From: Octopus sinensis
Lineage: Eukaryota
NCBI RefSeq assembly: GCF_006345805.1
Contig: NW_021835045.1
Coordinates: 1-43,453, forward strand
Reading direction: 5' to 3'
Length of the DNA: 43,453 nucleotides
Shown: one piece after another, positions 11,035 to 24,514 of the stretch
Layout of the letters: each line of letters opens with the position of its first letter
How positions within the stretch are numbered: the first letter of the stretch is position 1
The notes under the pieces: generated by a model
Told to the model about the DNA's origin: nothing
Seen by the model: the letters and a program-made list of their open reading frames with translations, nothing else
Database searches by the model: none
Program-made: the position numbers and the translations under genes

Positions 11035-12400
11035 GTTATTCCAAACCACCTACTTCTTGTGCACTACGCATATCTAACCTTTACTTTTGTACTTTACAGT
11101 TGATGCTTCGAAACTCTCTTACTTGTTTTATATCTCTTTTGTCTAAACTATACAAATTACTTCACTTGAAATTTACTATGTTGAAGCGGTTGACGTTGTA
11201 TTATACTGAAGCTATTGTGTGGAAGCTAATTTTGATGCCTTCATTATTTATACCAATTTTATGTATATTATCTTATTCGAGTATTGAATTTAGTTTTTAA
11301 TATTACACTGATTCTTCTGTAGTAATTGCATTCTATAATTTTCTCTTTCATTTCTGTCTATTGTATCTCATCGATATAATTTACCGTATGTATTTCTTTT
11401 TTACGAAATGTTCTAGTCTAATTCTCTGATTTTAGTGTCTGGATAAAACTTAATATTTTGAATGGTAGCAGATTTTTCTTCAAGTTTTACCGTTATTACA
11501 CTTCCCTACACTCACACTCGTTTTATATCATTTCTGAAGAATATTTGGACCAAGACCTTAACTTATATTGTCTCTTTCAAGTTGTTTTGACCCCTCCATG
11601 TATAGGAGATTCTTTAAGCTTTAAACTAAGGTTATCCATATTTTCATTCAGTACATATGTGTCAGAGCGTCTCATTTGCTTCTTATAAGACTAGAACTAC
11701 TTATGGAGGAGTTTAGGATCAGCAGGGCTAAATAATATAGGAGAGCAGAATAATATAGTAGAGAAGGCGGAACAAGAATGTGGGGATCCTCTGATCAAGT
11801 GAAAGTTTTAATTTTCAGATATCATTTAAATTTTTAGATATCATTTTGGATTTCATCATACTTTTTTTTATTTATTCATGTGTAATCTTTTGTTTTACAT
11901 ATTTTAAATTCGTCCAGTTATATATTTATTGTATAACGTTTTTCACTCCTCCCATCATCCTCATGCACATTCTGTCTCCTACTTCTTCACTCCTTTTTTA
12001 ATTTCCTCTGTTTAATGTCTTTGCATATTTCAGTGTCTCTTGAAACCCTTCAGGATCATAAACAAATACCTTATTTATATTATTTTATTTACTATAGTAT
12101 TAAATGTAATCATCTTTTTTTTTTGCCTGCGCTGATATGGTGGCTTTTCAAATTTGACATGACATAGCACATGTACCATGTTTGTATTGCCACAGCACTA
12201 TTTACGTTGAGTATTTCCAATACCCAAGTGTGTTGTATGCTATGAAATGTTTTTTTCTCAAATTGATCTTTGACATGCTGAGGTTTTTTTAATATTTTCT
12301 CGTTTTGCTCTCTTCAATAACTGCCATCTCCGCCAATATCTGCTCCTTGAAGCCCAGCATCCGGCTCCTACAATCTACAGAAGCTTATAAGTTATATAGA
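11035..12400 (-). mobile_element. Highly degenerate R4/Dong-like non-LTR retrotransposon RT region
   Basis: Minus-strand fragments in RT order: GFKEQILAEMAVIEESKTRK, FHSIQHTWVLEIL (cf. FDSVPHSWILE), MDNL (cf. YMDDL), MKEKIIECNYYRRISVILKTKFN, FNIVNF and RLDMRSAQEVGGL (cf. RLY.PR..GGRGL). Confidence 0.7.
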
Positions 12401-13130
12401 ACTGAATTTAATTTAATCATACTACTTATACAAAATTTTCAATAGTTATTTCTTGAACCTGTCAATGTAAAGAGCTACAAAAAAAAATGTCATTGAAACA
12501 TAACGCAATGTATTATATATTGATGAAAATACACTTTTTTCGTTTTTACGCCTCATTTCAAAAGGTGTGTGTTTATTTTTATTATCAAAATGAACGAAGA
12601 ACGCTCATGGTATCTAAAATTATTTGTCCGTTTCTATTTCTTGTAGTGCAGTTTAGTCCTTCCATGGCCCTCTCGACTTATTTCAAATCCGTTTATGATA
12701 TTCTCATCTCATCTACTGATATTCTTTACCATAAATATTATCTAAATTTTGATTCACTGGGAAGTAATTTGAAGAGGATTTGCGTACTACTTCTAACAAA
12801 TCACATGACAACGAATAAGCTCTTTTATTGGTTTGTAGCTTGTCAATAATTATCCTCATCTTCGACAGATTGTTACCTGCATGGAACAAGTGGACAACTA
12901 AGTGTACTCAGACCTACCCAAGAGTAGAAAGATTTGGATTTCAAAACTATTGAATATTGAATCCCAGTCAGCTATATATCATAAATGATATATAGTTGTT
13001 TTTGCTGTTGTTTTGGATATTGTTGTTGCTCGCGGTTTGTTCTAATTGAGAAGACGTTATTCCATCTGTGCCCATCCCGTCTTTGTTTTTAATATCTGAA
13101 ACTACATTGGTCAATATTTCCATATTTTTA

Positions 13131-13262
13131 AGGCGTTGAGGTGGCAGAATCATTAGCACGTTAGGCAAATTGCTTAGCGGCATTTCGTTCATCCTTACGT
13201 TATGAGTTCAAATTCCGTTTTCGGCCGATTTCGACTTTCATCGATTCGGGGTCAATAAAATC
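13131..13262 (+). mobile_element. Family A SINE, 5' part, diverged
   Basis: GGCAGAATCATTAGCACG...GAGTTCAAATTCCG...TTCGGGGTCAATAAAAT. Confidence 0.75.
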
Positions 13263-13274
13263 GGAATGTCAACA

Positions 13275-14579
13275 ATTGGATTTAAATGCATTAAGGAATA
13301 ATACTGAAAGCTCTATTGATTTACTCGTTTTTTTTTAAATTTTGGAATTTATTGCGTTTTTAAATTTTGTAATCTATTTTTTTCGAGAATTCTATTTTTG
13401 AATCATTTTGGAAGCTGTTTTGTCTTTTTTTTTTCTAGTTAATTTTAGTTAATTTTTGTTTATTTTCATATCATTAAAATGGAATAGCAAGTTAAGAAAA
13501 ACGAGCATTTTCGTCACCTCCTTCTTTTTGCTTCTAATCAAGGTTCTAAGGCCGCAAAAGCTGATCGCGACATTGTGCTGTATATGGAGAGGGTGCCATA
13601 TACATAGCTGAAAGAACCGCTCGTGATTCGTATGCCAAGTTCAAAAATGGAAATTTTGAACTCAAAGACGCACCTCGTTCTGGCCGTCCTGTTGAATTCG
13701 ATGAAGAGCGATTAAACCATCTTTTACACGAAAATTCTCGTCAAACGACAAGGGAATTGGCTCCGAAAATAAAATGCTCCCACACTGCTATAGAGAAGCA
13801 TCTTCACTCAATGGGAAATGTTCAGAAGTATGGAGTATGAGTTCCGCATGCTTTAAGTGACAACAACAAAAACAAACGAGCTACAATCTCCGCTGGTCTG
13901 CTTGCTCGTCACCGCTCAACTCATGGACACAAATAACGATTTCTCTACCGAATCGATACTGGCGACGAAAAATAGTACCTGTACATCAATATGAAGCAGC
14001 GTAAAGAACGACTTAGCCACAGTAAACAAGCGACACCGCGGGTGAAACAAGATCTCCATCCGCGTAAAACGATATTGTGCGTATAGTGGGACTGGGAAGG
14101 GATTATCCATTACGAATGGCTTGAACAGAACCAACAGATGGAACGACTCAACTCGGCTATTCAAGAGAAAAGACCTAATCGGCAGCATGGAGTTCTGCTG
14201 CACGACAATGCCCGCCCTTATATCGCCAATATGACCAAAAAAGCCATTGAAACGCATGGCTGGGAAGTGCTACCACTCCCGCCGTACTATCCTGATTTGG
14301 CACCAACGGATTTCCACCTCTTTCGATCTCTTTCACATGCTATGCGCGGATATTCGTTCAATACTGGTGCAGAATTGAGAGCTTCGTTGGATCAATTTTT
14401 CGAGTCGAAATCGTGTGATTTCTACCAACGATGTATTGAAAATCTTGTTGAACGTTGGGAAGAAGTTGTAAACAACAAGGGTGAATACATTATTGATTAA
14501 TTAGTTGTTATTTTTTATTAAACCTTTAAAAAAATATTTAAGTTAAAATAAATCGGTGGGAACTGAGTTACCAACCCAG
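13275..14579 (+). mobile_element. Mariner (DD34D) transposon, left TIR missing
   Basis: Right TIR AAATCGGTGGGAACTGAGTTACCAACCCAG followed by TA. No matching left TIR; a SINE fragment lies there instead. Confidence 0.9.
13479..14500 (+). pseudogene. Mariner transposase pseudogene
   Basis: ME*QVKKNEHFRHLLLF, TGDEK, HDNARP, YYPDLAPTDFHLF and ERWEEVVNNKGEYIID. Stops, frameshifts and an internal deletion near 14135. Confidence 0.92.
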
Positions 14580-14824
14580 TATATAATCAGCAGTAAATAA
14601 GTTATATTTGTATCTTTACCACAAGTTATATTCACGCAAGGAAATGTCAACGTGAATGGGATTTCATATATGAACTCTGCGGACACTATACTTCTATGCA
14701 TTTACTGAATATCTGCAATTCAATATTCTATGCAATAAATAGTATGTTTTACAATTATTTCTGAAGAAAAACGTATTGCGCAATATCTGAAAAATAAATA
14801 TATACGAAATGAAATCATAATATT

Positions 14825-14876
<52 letters not shown>

Positions 14877-15171
14877 TAATAAGAATGATTTATTTTAGAA
14901 ATTAATATGTTGGAAAAAGTATGGTGAAAAATATTTATGAAAGCCAACAATTAACATAAATTTATTTTGCAAATAAATATATCTCCTACTGCAAAATATA
15001 TTAAAGCTACAGAGCATTTAATATTATTTTATTTTGTATTACCATTGATATAAATTTAAGAATGTACACACACACACACACGTACTTGTAAATATAAGTT
15101 TGTGCATATATGTATATATATATATATGCATATGTGCGTATATATATATATGTATGTGTGTGTGTATATAT

Positions 15172-15270
<99 letters not shown>

Positions 15271-15874
15271 ATGTTTATACTCGCTACTTGTTTAGTCTGC
15301 TTGTTCAGGACATAGCATGTTTTATCCAATTATTACAAATGCAATTATTACAAACCATCTTTAAACAAATTTATTTGAAATTCTTATTAAATTTCTGCTG
15401 TGCAGAATTACTTTCCAACTGATCGTGACTGTAGCTTTAGTTGAAACTAAAAATGTTTGTCTTATTAAATGAGAAAACCAAAAACCATCGCTTCTGTTCG
15501 CAATTATAATTTATTAAATGTTTTCAAAAATATTTTAAAACTAAACTTAAATTAATAATGGCGATATTATTGTAAATAATAAAACATTATTGGTAGCAGA
15601 CGTTATTCTGAAGTAGTCTTCATAATCAAAATGTCTGTCAATCTAAATGTTTTTATCTAAGGCTTCGTCTGTAGCGAAATGAATTTTTGATGTATAATTC
15701 ACATTTTATTAGCCAATACATTGAAGATACGTTGCATTACTAGCTAGAAGGAAGGTAATTTCTATCACCGGTATTCTACGTTCAATTCTTGTCGGTTCTG
15801 CGTTTTCCTTTTTATATCTAGGAATATCTAGTTTTGGTTCCCTGTGAAATCACGGACACGCGTCTTTACCTATA

Positions 15875-16135
15875 AAAAAGAAATGAATGCGCCCTTTTAA
15901 AGCCTAACCAAGCTCATAGGCCTGGTTTCCCGGTTTCAATGGCGTATGTGTTCCCCAAGTTTCAATGGCCTATGTATTCCCTATGCGTTACTCATTCTTA
16001 CCAGCTGAGTGAACTGGCGCAACGTGAAATGAAGTGTTTTACTCAAGAACACAACGTTTCGCCCGGTCCAGGAATCGAAACCACATTCTTAAAATCATGA
16101 TGCTGACACCCTAACAACTAAGCCATGCGCCTCCA
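15875..16135 (-). mobile_element. tRNA-derived SINE, family C, with 14-bp TSD
   Basis: TSD CGTCTTTACCTATA at 15861-15874 and 16136-16149. Homologous to 41588-42046. Confidence 0.9.
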
Positions 16136-16249
16136 CGTCTTTACCTATAGCTTAGGATTAATACCTTTTATAAGTAAAATTGGATTGGCAGAAAACGTGT
16201 GTAAGCCTGTCGAATGAATTGTACTTGCAATTAAAATGTACCATTATCA

Positions 16250-16640
16250 TCTGGTCGGATCTGCATTAGTTGAGGATGTGCAGTCTCTTCAGACTTGATC
16301 TACATACGCTGCCTTCGGATGACCTTTTCGCCTTTGGCGATTTTTTGGCATCCATTGCAGGAAGTCACTTGCCAACTCTTGTTTAACTCACCAGTGACGT
16401 AATGCAAGACGCAGACAGCTTTCCCTTGCTGCTAGAAAGTAGGGTTAAAGCCCTGAAAATCTGTTCTGATTTTGGCGCAAAGCAATTCACAACGCAGGTA
16501 GTCTTCACCGTGAGGTGTTGAATTTTTTCACTTCGTAAAACTTGCTGAGGAGTGTTAAGGCTTTTTCGGCAGAACTCTAAATCATGATACAAGTATATCT
16601 AAATGCTACTCTATATAACAGTTTGCTATGTTGGTATGTC
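16250..16640 (-). mobile_element. RTE-clade LINE 3' fragment
   Basis: Minus strand AARESCLRLALRHW*VKQELASDFLQWMPKNRQRRKGHPKAAYVDQV*RD resembles the RTE C-terminus (RRLRFAGHCWR...GRP..TY.DQL.RD). Confidence 0.7.
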
Positions 16641-16716
16641 TAAATTCTTTACTTGTGCGCCCGACTATTGCTATTTTCTGTTGAATATTTCAGTGTTATT
16701 GGAGATTAAGCTAAAT

Positions 16717-16754
<38 letters not shown>

Positions 16755-16884
16755 CAAAACGCTCAGCTGGAATATTTAAGAAAGGAAGCGGAACTGCAAT
16801 TGGATTTGAAACTAGAAAGCAAGGAATACTACAAGATGCTGTCCGGTACTCTACCGATTCTGATATAAGCCACTTTGACTAATT

Positions 16885-17255
16885 TATCTTTTATCTTTTA
16901 CTTCTTTCAGTCATTTAACAGCAACCATGATGGGGTACTGTTTTGAAGAGTTTTGTCGAACAATCGCCCCACCCCTGTACTTACGTGTTTATTAAGTTTT
17001 ACACTTATTCTATCGATTACTTTTACCGATACGCGGGAACGTAAACGAAACAATACCAGTTTTCAATCAGTGGACTAACACATCAACACACGCATACATA
17101 CATATATATGTGTATATATGTTCCGTCTACCAAGTTCACTCATAAGGATTTGGTCGCCTCAAGGCAATGGCAAAAGGCACTTGCCGAAGGTGTTCCGCCG
17201 GGGACTGAACTCAAGACCAAGCTTCTTTACCTCGAATCATGCTTGCGCCTATGCC
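16885..17255 (-). mobile_element. Family B SINE
   Basis: Same tail, linker and head layout as 907-1250. Confidence 0.75.
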
Positions 17256-17305
17256 ATAGAAATTTGCGCGTTGGCACTAAAAGAAGATTACCAATTGATT
17301 TAATA

Positions 17306-17792
17306 CATGTTCTTTATTACCCACAGGGGGCTAAACATAGAGGGGACAAACAAGGACAGACAAAGGGATTAAGTCGATTACATCGACCCCAGAGCGTAAC
17401 TGGTACTTAATTTATCGAAAGGCGGCGAGTTGGCAGAAACGTTAGCACGCCGGGCGAAATGCGTAGTCATATTTCGTCTGCCGTTACGTTCTGAGTTCAA
17501 ATTCCGTCGAGGTCGACTTTGCCTTTCATCCTTTCGGGGTCGATAAATTAAGTACCAGTTACGCAGTGGGGTCGATATAATCGACTTAATCGGTTTGTCT
17601 GTCCTTGTTTGTCCCCTCAGTGTTTAGCCCCCTTGTGGGTAGTAAATAAATAGGTACTTAATTTATCGACCCCGAAAAGATGAAAGGCAAAGTCGACCAC
17701 GGGGGAATTTGAACTCAGAGCGTAACGGCAGACGAAATACGGCTACGCATTTCGCCCGGCGTGCTAACTTTTCTGCCAGCTCGCCGCCTTTT
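17306..17792 (-). mobile_element. Family A SINE (host copy) with 12-bp TSD, interrupted by an antisense copy
   Basis: TSD ATTGATTTAATA at 17294-17305 and 17793-17804. Head (reverse) at 17670-17790, tail at 17310-17418. Confidence 0.9.
17419..17652 (+). mobile_element. Family A SINE nested antisense in another family A copy
   Basis: 17-bp TSD GGTACTTAATTTATCGA at 17402-17418 and 17653-17669. Confidence 0.92.
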
Positions 17793-18385
17793 ATTGATTT
17801 AATATAATAAAGATACCATCACTTTGATTGTTAGACATTCTAACCACACACACACACATGTATGTATGTATGTATGTATGTATATTTCAGAACGAAGAAC
17901 TAACACCACTCGACCCCGACCCGAAATAATTAAATTGATTTACTATTCTATTTATTCTTCAAATAAACTCGTATCGCAATTATATCAACGATTAAGCTAT
18001 ATTTCAAATCTACAATTCTATATTTCTTTAACAATGCGAGCAATTAGGATAATATAAAGAAATATTACTTATCATTCAAATCCTCCGTAATTATATATTT
18101 ATGTAGTCTATAATATCACTTATCAATAGTTAAGCGGCGATAGGAAACTTCTTTAAATGTATATTTATAATCAGATTTACTTTAATTCTTGCTGAATCTT
18201 ATCAAATAATACATTAAGAATAAAAGGCCTCAACTCCGCATTATTATACAGATGCGACTGACAGATGTTTAAACAATTGATAAAGTGAAATAATAATAGA
18301 GTTGTGTTGTTATTTCTATACATTAGATTGGCGCTAGTAACTGTTTATTGCAGAATTGTTAAAGCACTATTTAATATAAATAAAT

Positions 18386-18607
18386 GTAAGGCGGCGAGCT
18401 GGCAGAAACGTTCGCACGCCGAACGAAATGCGCAGCCGTATTTCGTCTGCCGTTACGTTGGGAGTTCAAATTCCGCCGAGTTCAACTTTGCCTTTCATCC
18501 TTTCGGGGTCGATAAATTAAGTATCAGTTAAGCAATCGACCTAATCCCTTTGTCTGTCCTTCTTTGCCCTCTCTATGTTTAGCCCCTTCTGGGCAATAAA
18601 GAAATAG
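18386..18607 (+). mobile_element. Family A SINE with 12-bp TSD
   Basis: TSD ATATAAATAAAT at 18374-18385 and 18608-18619. Confidence 0.9.
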
Positions 18608-19360
18608 ATATAAATAAATCTTACAAGTAACATCGATTACAAAGTTTGTTAGAGATTTCTTTCCTCCGGGTTCAAATCTCTTCGAAATCAGCTATACTTT
18701 TCATATTTTCTGAACAGATAATTTGTATCAGGTTGCCAGGTAATTTCGTTGTTTTTTTTTAAATCCTTTTCGTTTCAACTTATTTCCAACCTTTCAAATG
18801 TTTTTCAATTAGCAAAAACAGTATTTTCAACGTCTTTTTTCGGACTTTTGCAGCTCTATTATTCTTATACAAGTTTTGCTTATAGTCTGTTTTTAAATTT
18901 AGATAAACCTTAACTGTTTCAGACTTAGGACGATGGAGTGCTAAGTAGAAATATAATTTATCTGACAAGCAATCATATTACTTATCTAGGCGCTGGACTG
19001 GCGGAGATAGTTTGCTGTATATGTTTCAGCCTTTTGCTTTCTACGGGCAAATTTTGCCTATGACCTCCATATCATATTGACCACCTTTATAACATTGCTC
19101 CTGAAACATTGAGAGAAGATATACACACGGAAGGCATATCGTCCATGACCTCAACATAAATACGTCATGATTTTAAGGGCTTTCAAGACCAAGCGTTGAG
19201 GAGGTAGAAAGCACCACATTTTCTCCATAATAATCACAGCAGCGGAAGATATTTCGAAAGCTGAAATATCTTCGACAACAATGCAATACTGTTAATGCCG
19301 TAGAGGTTCATTTATGGTCAACAACAGTAAACAAGCGGCACAAACTGTTTTTTAAAATCA

Positions 19361-19404
<44 letters not shown>

Positions 19405-19579
19405 TATTATTATTAATGCTTATTCATGCTATGAACAACCCCATTCAAAATAACCCATAATCAAAAGCATCTTATCGATAGTTCTTTCATATTCTTCGAG
19501 GTTGCTGCATTGTCTACTGCACTCGTTCCTGGCCTTCCGAATATTTGGCAAATATTTTCAGTAAAGCGAGTGAACAGGT

Positions 19580-20240
19580 AGAGCAGCAACCGTATAAACC
19601 GCTTTCTACTGTTGGAAAGAATTCATTTTTCATCACACGTAATAATACAATACAAAATTGGTTCGTTTTTATGCCGTGACATAAAGAACAGCATGATTCA
19701 GGACGACGTATCATTGATGCTCGTTCAGTTCTTGTTGTAGCCACTTGTCCAGCTTCGTTACGTTATCGATTTGTTTCAGATAGAATCGAAACATCAAACC
19801 TTTCTCTAACTCACGCGTAGTTTGAGACGTATCCACTTCCACTGCAGTTTCCAGCTCATAATTATCCCCCTTGGTTTCAGGTCTACAACGTGGCTGATTT
19901 TCCAGAGTAAAGTCACCAGAACGGATCTTCTCCAACCACCGTCGTACAGTGCATTCATTCACCACATCTTCACCAAACACCTCATTGAGGTTTCATTGGT
20001 TTCATGACGGAACTCATATTCATAAACAACACGAATTTTTGATCTATCCATGTGTTAACAAAAATTGATTTACAGGAGAAAACTCACAATATTATCAGAC
20101 ACCATGAATTGCATTACGAAAAGTGATGATGTAACTCTTCAATGTTGTAAAACAAAGAATTATCAGTATAAAACATTAGAGTTATCGGCTGTCAAACTTG
20201 GTGCATAAGAAAATCGGTCATTTCATTCTTAATGACCTGA
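19580..20240 (-). mobile_element. Truncated mariner (5' TIR, HTH and first catalytic Asp)
   Basis: TIR-like TCAGGTCATTAAGAATGAAATGACCGATTT next to TA at 20241-20242. ATG at 20051: MDRSKIRVVYEYEFRH, FGEDVVNECTVRRWLEKIRSGDFTLENQPR and RHKNEPILYCIITCDEK. Confidence 0.88.
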
Positions 20241-20582
20241 TAATAATAATGAAAATATCGTAGAAGTATCATAATACAGGTGAAGGAAACCTCGATATAG
20301 CTAGAGCAGTGGGTTAGCAGAATGACGCAGTTATAAACCATTCAGTATGCCTTATAAAAATTTAAGATTCGTTGCATGGGTCGAACTGAATGCAGAATAG
20401 TTATTTCCTTTATCATGTTGAGATTGCATGGGAATAAAATATTAGTGGTTAAAATCGATAACAGGTTCGAAAAGCACGTGGTAGTTTTGAGTTTCGTATC
20501 TCTTGGGAGATCTTGTTTTTTTTTCTCTTATTTTTTCTTGTTCTGCTCAAGATTGACAGAGTAGCGTTAGTAAATGACGTTT

Positions 20583-20621
<39 letters not shown>

Positions 20622-21332
20622 ACAAAAATAAACAAGAAATATGCGCCAGCATGCATACACATACCTATATACATACAAATACAAACATATATCGAATGTA
20701 ACGATGTGTATTTTCTGCATATACAACTATTTCTATGTAAAAATGTCGTGGAGGTATTTGAAATCTTTTGGAAAATCTCTCTCTTTCTGTGAGAGAAGCG
20801 TGAATTATTTTTTCGTTTTTATTTTTTTTTTGTTTTTTATCCTTTTCCTATAACATGACAAAAGAAAAAAATAATAACCTTTAGGAATATTTGTAATGCG
20901 TTAGAGTTCTAAGACAAACTACTTTCTACATTATGCAGTAGGAAGAAAACTTCCACAGGAATTTGAATAAGATATCTCATGAAAATAGTTTGACGAAATT
21001 CTATTGGTATTGCCTGATATAAGGGCGCCTCGGGTTAGTCGTTTGATAACATCTCAATTTCGCTTTTGATTGTGTTGTACAATGTTTGACAACAACATTC
21101 AGTATAGAGAAATATCCATGACATCAAAAAGATTAATATTTATGCAAGGAAAACGAATGTTATTCTGGTTAGCTGAAATACTTTGATTTTCTAAAAGAGA
21201 AAATCAAGAATCAAGGAATGAATTTAAAGAAAAATGACGGAAATTTAAAATCAATATACATTCAAAACAAACTTTTGATTAATTTAACTTCAATAGAATT
21301 ATCTCTAGGGCTTGTGATTTCAGGATATATCA

Positions 21333-21367
<35 letters not shown>

Positions 21368-22804
21368 TATAAAAACAATACTAAAACCTATATATTCTCT
21401 TTGATATCAGCAAACACTATTCAAAAAGAATCATAATATTAAACGAATGATTTTCCTATTATTTAATAACTACAGGGAATGATGTTTTGTTTACCTTTAT
21501 GATATAGCCTCGTGACAAAATAGAAATTAATAACTGCATAAATCTTCATGCAGTTGTAGGCGTAATTTTTCTGCGGCATTGTTTGCTTCCATTGAAGTTC
21601 CTTCTAGCAAACAGTCACACTTTATTAGAGTATTACGGTCTAACGCTCTTATTCAAGAACGTGCGCAGCTGACACGTGTATAGCTAAAACAGACTCCTCT
21701 ACTTTCTTTAATGCGTAACTTCATCCGATGATTATCAAGGTATTTTTCACGTGCAGCTACTGCAGTTAAAGGCAACATTTCTAAAAAACTTTCCACTCTG
21801 AAAACAAAAAATTAAATGCATAGCTTGGTTTCTGAATGGTTTAGTTCACTCTCGTTTAAACATAATCTAAATTTTATTGGGTGCAGCAGGAGCATCTCAC
21901 GAGCCAGTGGGTGAGTTATATGATAGATGCATTTGCTAAAATATCAGCAAAATCTTTCTGTCATGTCTGAAAAAAAGAGGTATAGTCAGTTACGCTATAG
22001 GAAGAAAATACAGAACCCTCACATCTCAAATGCTTTTGGTCATAGCCATGGTCAATCAGAGTTAGCCTATTGTGAATCAACACAGCAGCATGTGATGCTT
22101 AAACGACTATACTTGTACTTGTGACGGCGTTCACCCAGGGCGGGTTGAGCCGGCTTCTTCTCTCATACAAGTCATTTGACTGTAGTCATGCTGGGGCACC
22201 ACCTTGAAGGGTTTTGGTCGAACAAATTGATACCACGACTTTTTTAAACAATTGTACTAAGTGTCGGCACACAACACAGGCAATATTGAAGGAAAAAAAC
22301 AGTTTCCAAACATTCCATCCTTTGGGTAATGCAAATGTTTCCAGCGGGTAACGATTTAAACAATTTCTCAGCCACAATAAATCACCAATATGTAAAGTGA
22401 TCTCCAAGGATTGAACATTAACATATTAAATATCTCTCCATATTTCCCTGGTGAGTAACTAAGCATAAGTATGCATATTTCTATTGCCCAAATATAAAGT
22501 AATTCTATTATGGCTCCAAAACTGTCTCTGATATCATTGTTTAAAGCAGCCATCAAACAATATATCACTAAATCACGTGGTCGCCAACAAGCTAGACAAA
22601 GCCGTCATACTTGTCTCAAGTACGAGGAAGTGCTCAAAGTTCCTGGCTTTAAGGGCATCGAGAAAGGCCTGTTAGGAGGCCCAAACTTCCGATTTCTTTT
22701 ACTGGGCTTAGAAACGCAGAAGGACCGATGCAATGAGAATCGGAGACTGGAATATGTTCAATAAAATTATAATTATCTGAGCTTTTTAGCACCCTCGTGC
22801 ATAT

Positions 22805-22860
<56 letters not shown>

Positions 22861-22884
22861 ATTAATATATATATATATTCTCGT

Positions 22885-23185
22885 ATTGTTTTATTCTATT
22901 AATTGTTTCAATCTTTTGACTGCGGTCATTCTGGGGACAACCTTGAAGGATTTGGGTCGAACAAATCGACACCACAACTTTTTTTAAGCCTGGTACTTAT
23001 TCAATCGGAATCTCTTTGACGAACCGCTAAGTAACGGGGACGTAAACACAGACATACACAGACAGACAGACACACCCATGTGACGAGTTCTTTCAGTTTC
23101 CGTCTACCAAATCCGCTTACTTCATTGGCATTGGTTGGCCCAAAGATATTGTAAAAGACACTTGTCGAAGATAGTACCTCTGCGC
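22885..23185 (-). mobile_element. Family B SINE (a further tail fragment lies at about 22160-22265)
   Basis: TTGACTGCGGTCATTCTGGGG...GAACCGCTAAGTAACGGGGACGTAAACAC...TTCTTTCAGTTTCCGTCTACCAAATCC. Confidence 0.8.
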
Positions 23186-23220
23186 CTATACATACATACA
23201 TACATACATACATACATACA

Positions 23221-23251
<31 letters not shown>

Positions 23252-23252
23252 G

Positions 23253-23342
<90 letters not shown>

Positions 23343-24514
23343 ATATATATATTATATATTTTATATATATTTTCGTTTTTCTTGTTTCAGCTGAGAGCTG
23401 CGGCCATGCTGATGCATCGCCGTTTATAAAATATGAGTAAAACAAGGATTCAGATAGAATTGGGTACCTGAAAAGATATGCACCAGTTAGGGTTGGATAA
23501 GTAAATATCAAATAAGATATTTCGGTCGTGTACACAGAAAAAAAAAATCCCATGAATACAGCAGAGATATGGCTGAAGTCTGTCAAAGCTAACTGTACAT
23601 ATATACACACTTGTGTGTATATGTATTGTATGCAAATATGAAACCTGAATTCTGTTAATACAGCAAAACTCATCTTCGCACACCGATTTTCCTTTCCGAA
23701 GAGAAATGAAGGGAGGATAATGCTTGGCCATCATGAATGCATCGCAGGCATATTCATTCATGAATATCGTAAGCAACAAAGCATTTTGTATAACGCTCTA
23801 ACAATTCAGTCGATCAAATACACCGGGAGAGCAAAATATAAAGTGACCTCGGTGGGAATCGATTTGAGAATAAAATGAACCGAAACACAAATGCCGTTAA
23901 ATGTTATATCCGACGTTCTAGCGAGTCTAGATATCTATTACTTACTGCAGAACATTAAAGCCACTCTTTATCGTACAATATTAGAAATTAGATATGTGCG
24001 TTCGATTCAGTCAAAGCAATCTTTTTGTATTTGCTTTGACGTTTGTTTTATGCAGATCTGAAGCAAACATAGCGTTTGGATTCGTAAAACACATCTTTAC
24101 TGTTCAATAATCGAATTATCGATGTCAACTGCTGTTATCGGTATCGAAATGAAGAATGAAAAAAAAAATCTGCATTCAAAGTGCAAGTAGCAAGTAAATA
24201 TGGATGCAAAGATACGCATGCGCAGTGTTGAAAGCGTGTATTTACTGTGACGGTAAATAAACATTTGAACGTGAAATCGAATATTGGCAGAAATGCTCTC
24301 TGTGAAGAAGTATGTTTATGAGAGATTTAGGTTATATTAGCCTTGTGGAGATATTGTGCTCATAAAAATGTCACATCCTTTACACATTCCAACGGCTTCT
24401 AAACACACGAACGTTTGTGTGTACCCGTATGTATGCATGTATGTATGTATGTATGTATGTATGTATGTATGTATGTATGTATGTATGTTTGTATGTATGT
24501 ATGTACTTATGTAT

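Noticed and set aside
12400-13130. Possible upstream continuation of the R4/Dong RT, or a piggyBac fragment (ORF 12968-13192)
   Set aside because: Only vague similarity (GTDGIT); no diagnostic motif in register.
18780-19350. Unique GC-moderate segment with short ORFs
   Set aside because: All frames are interrupted and no motif is recognised.
22510-22764. 84-aa non-repetitive ORF
   Set aside because: No recognisable domain or splice context. The nearby GTGAGT donor at about 22451 has stops in all upstream frames.
23690-23760. DNAWPS resembling the Tc1/mariner DNA(R)PH motif
   Set aside because: Isolated, with no other transposase motif or TIR.
24009-24045. GTCAAAGCAA/TTGCTTTGAC hairpin as a pre-miRNA
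   Set aside because: The stem is only about 10 bp and pairing does not extend.
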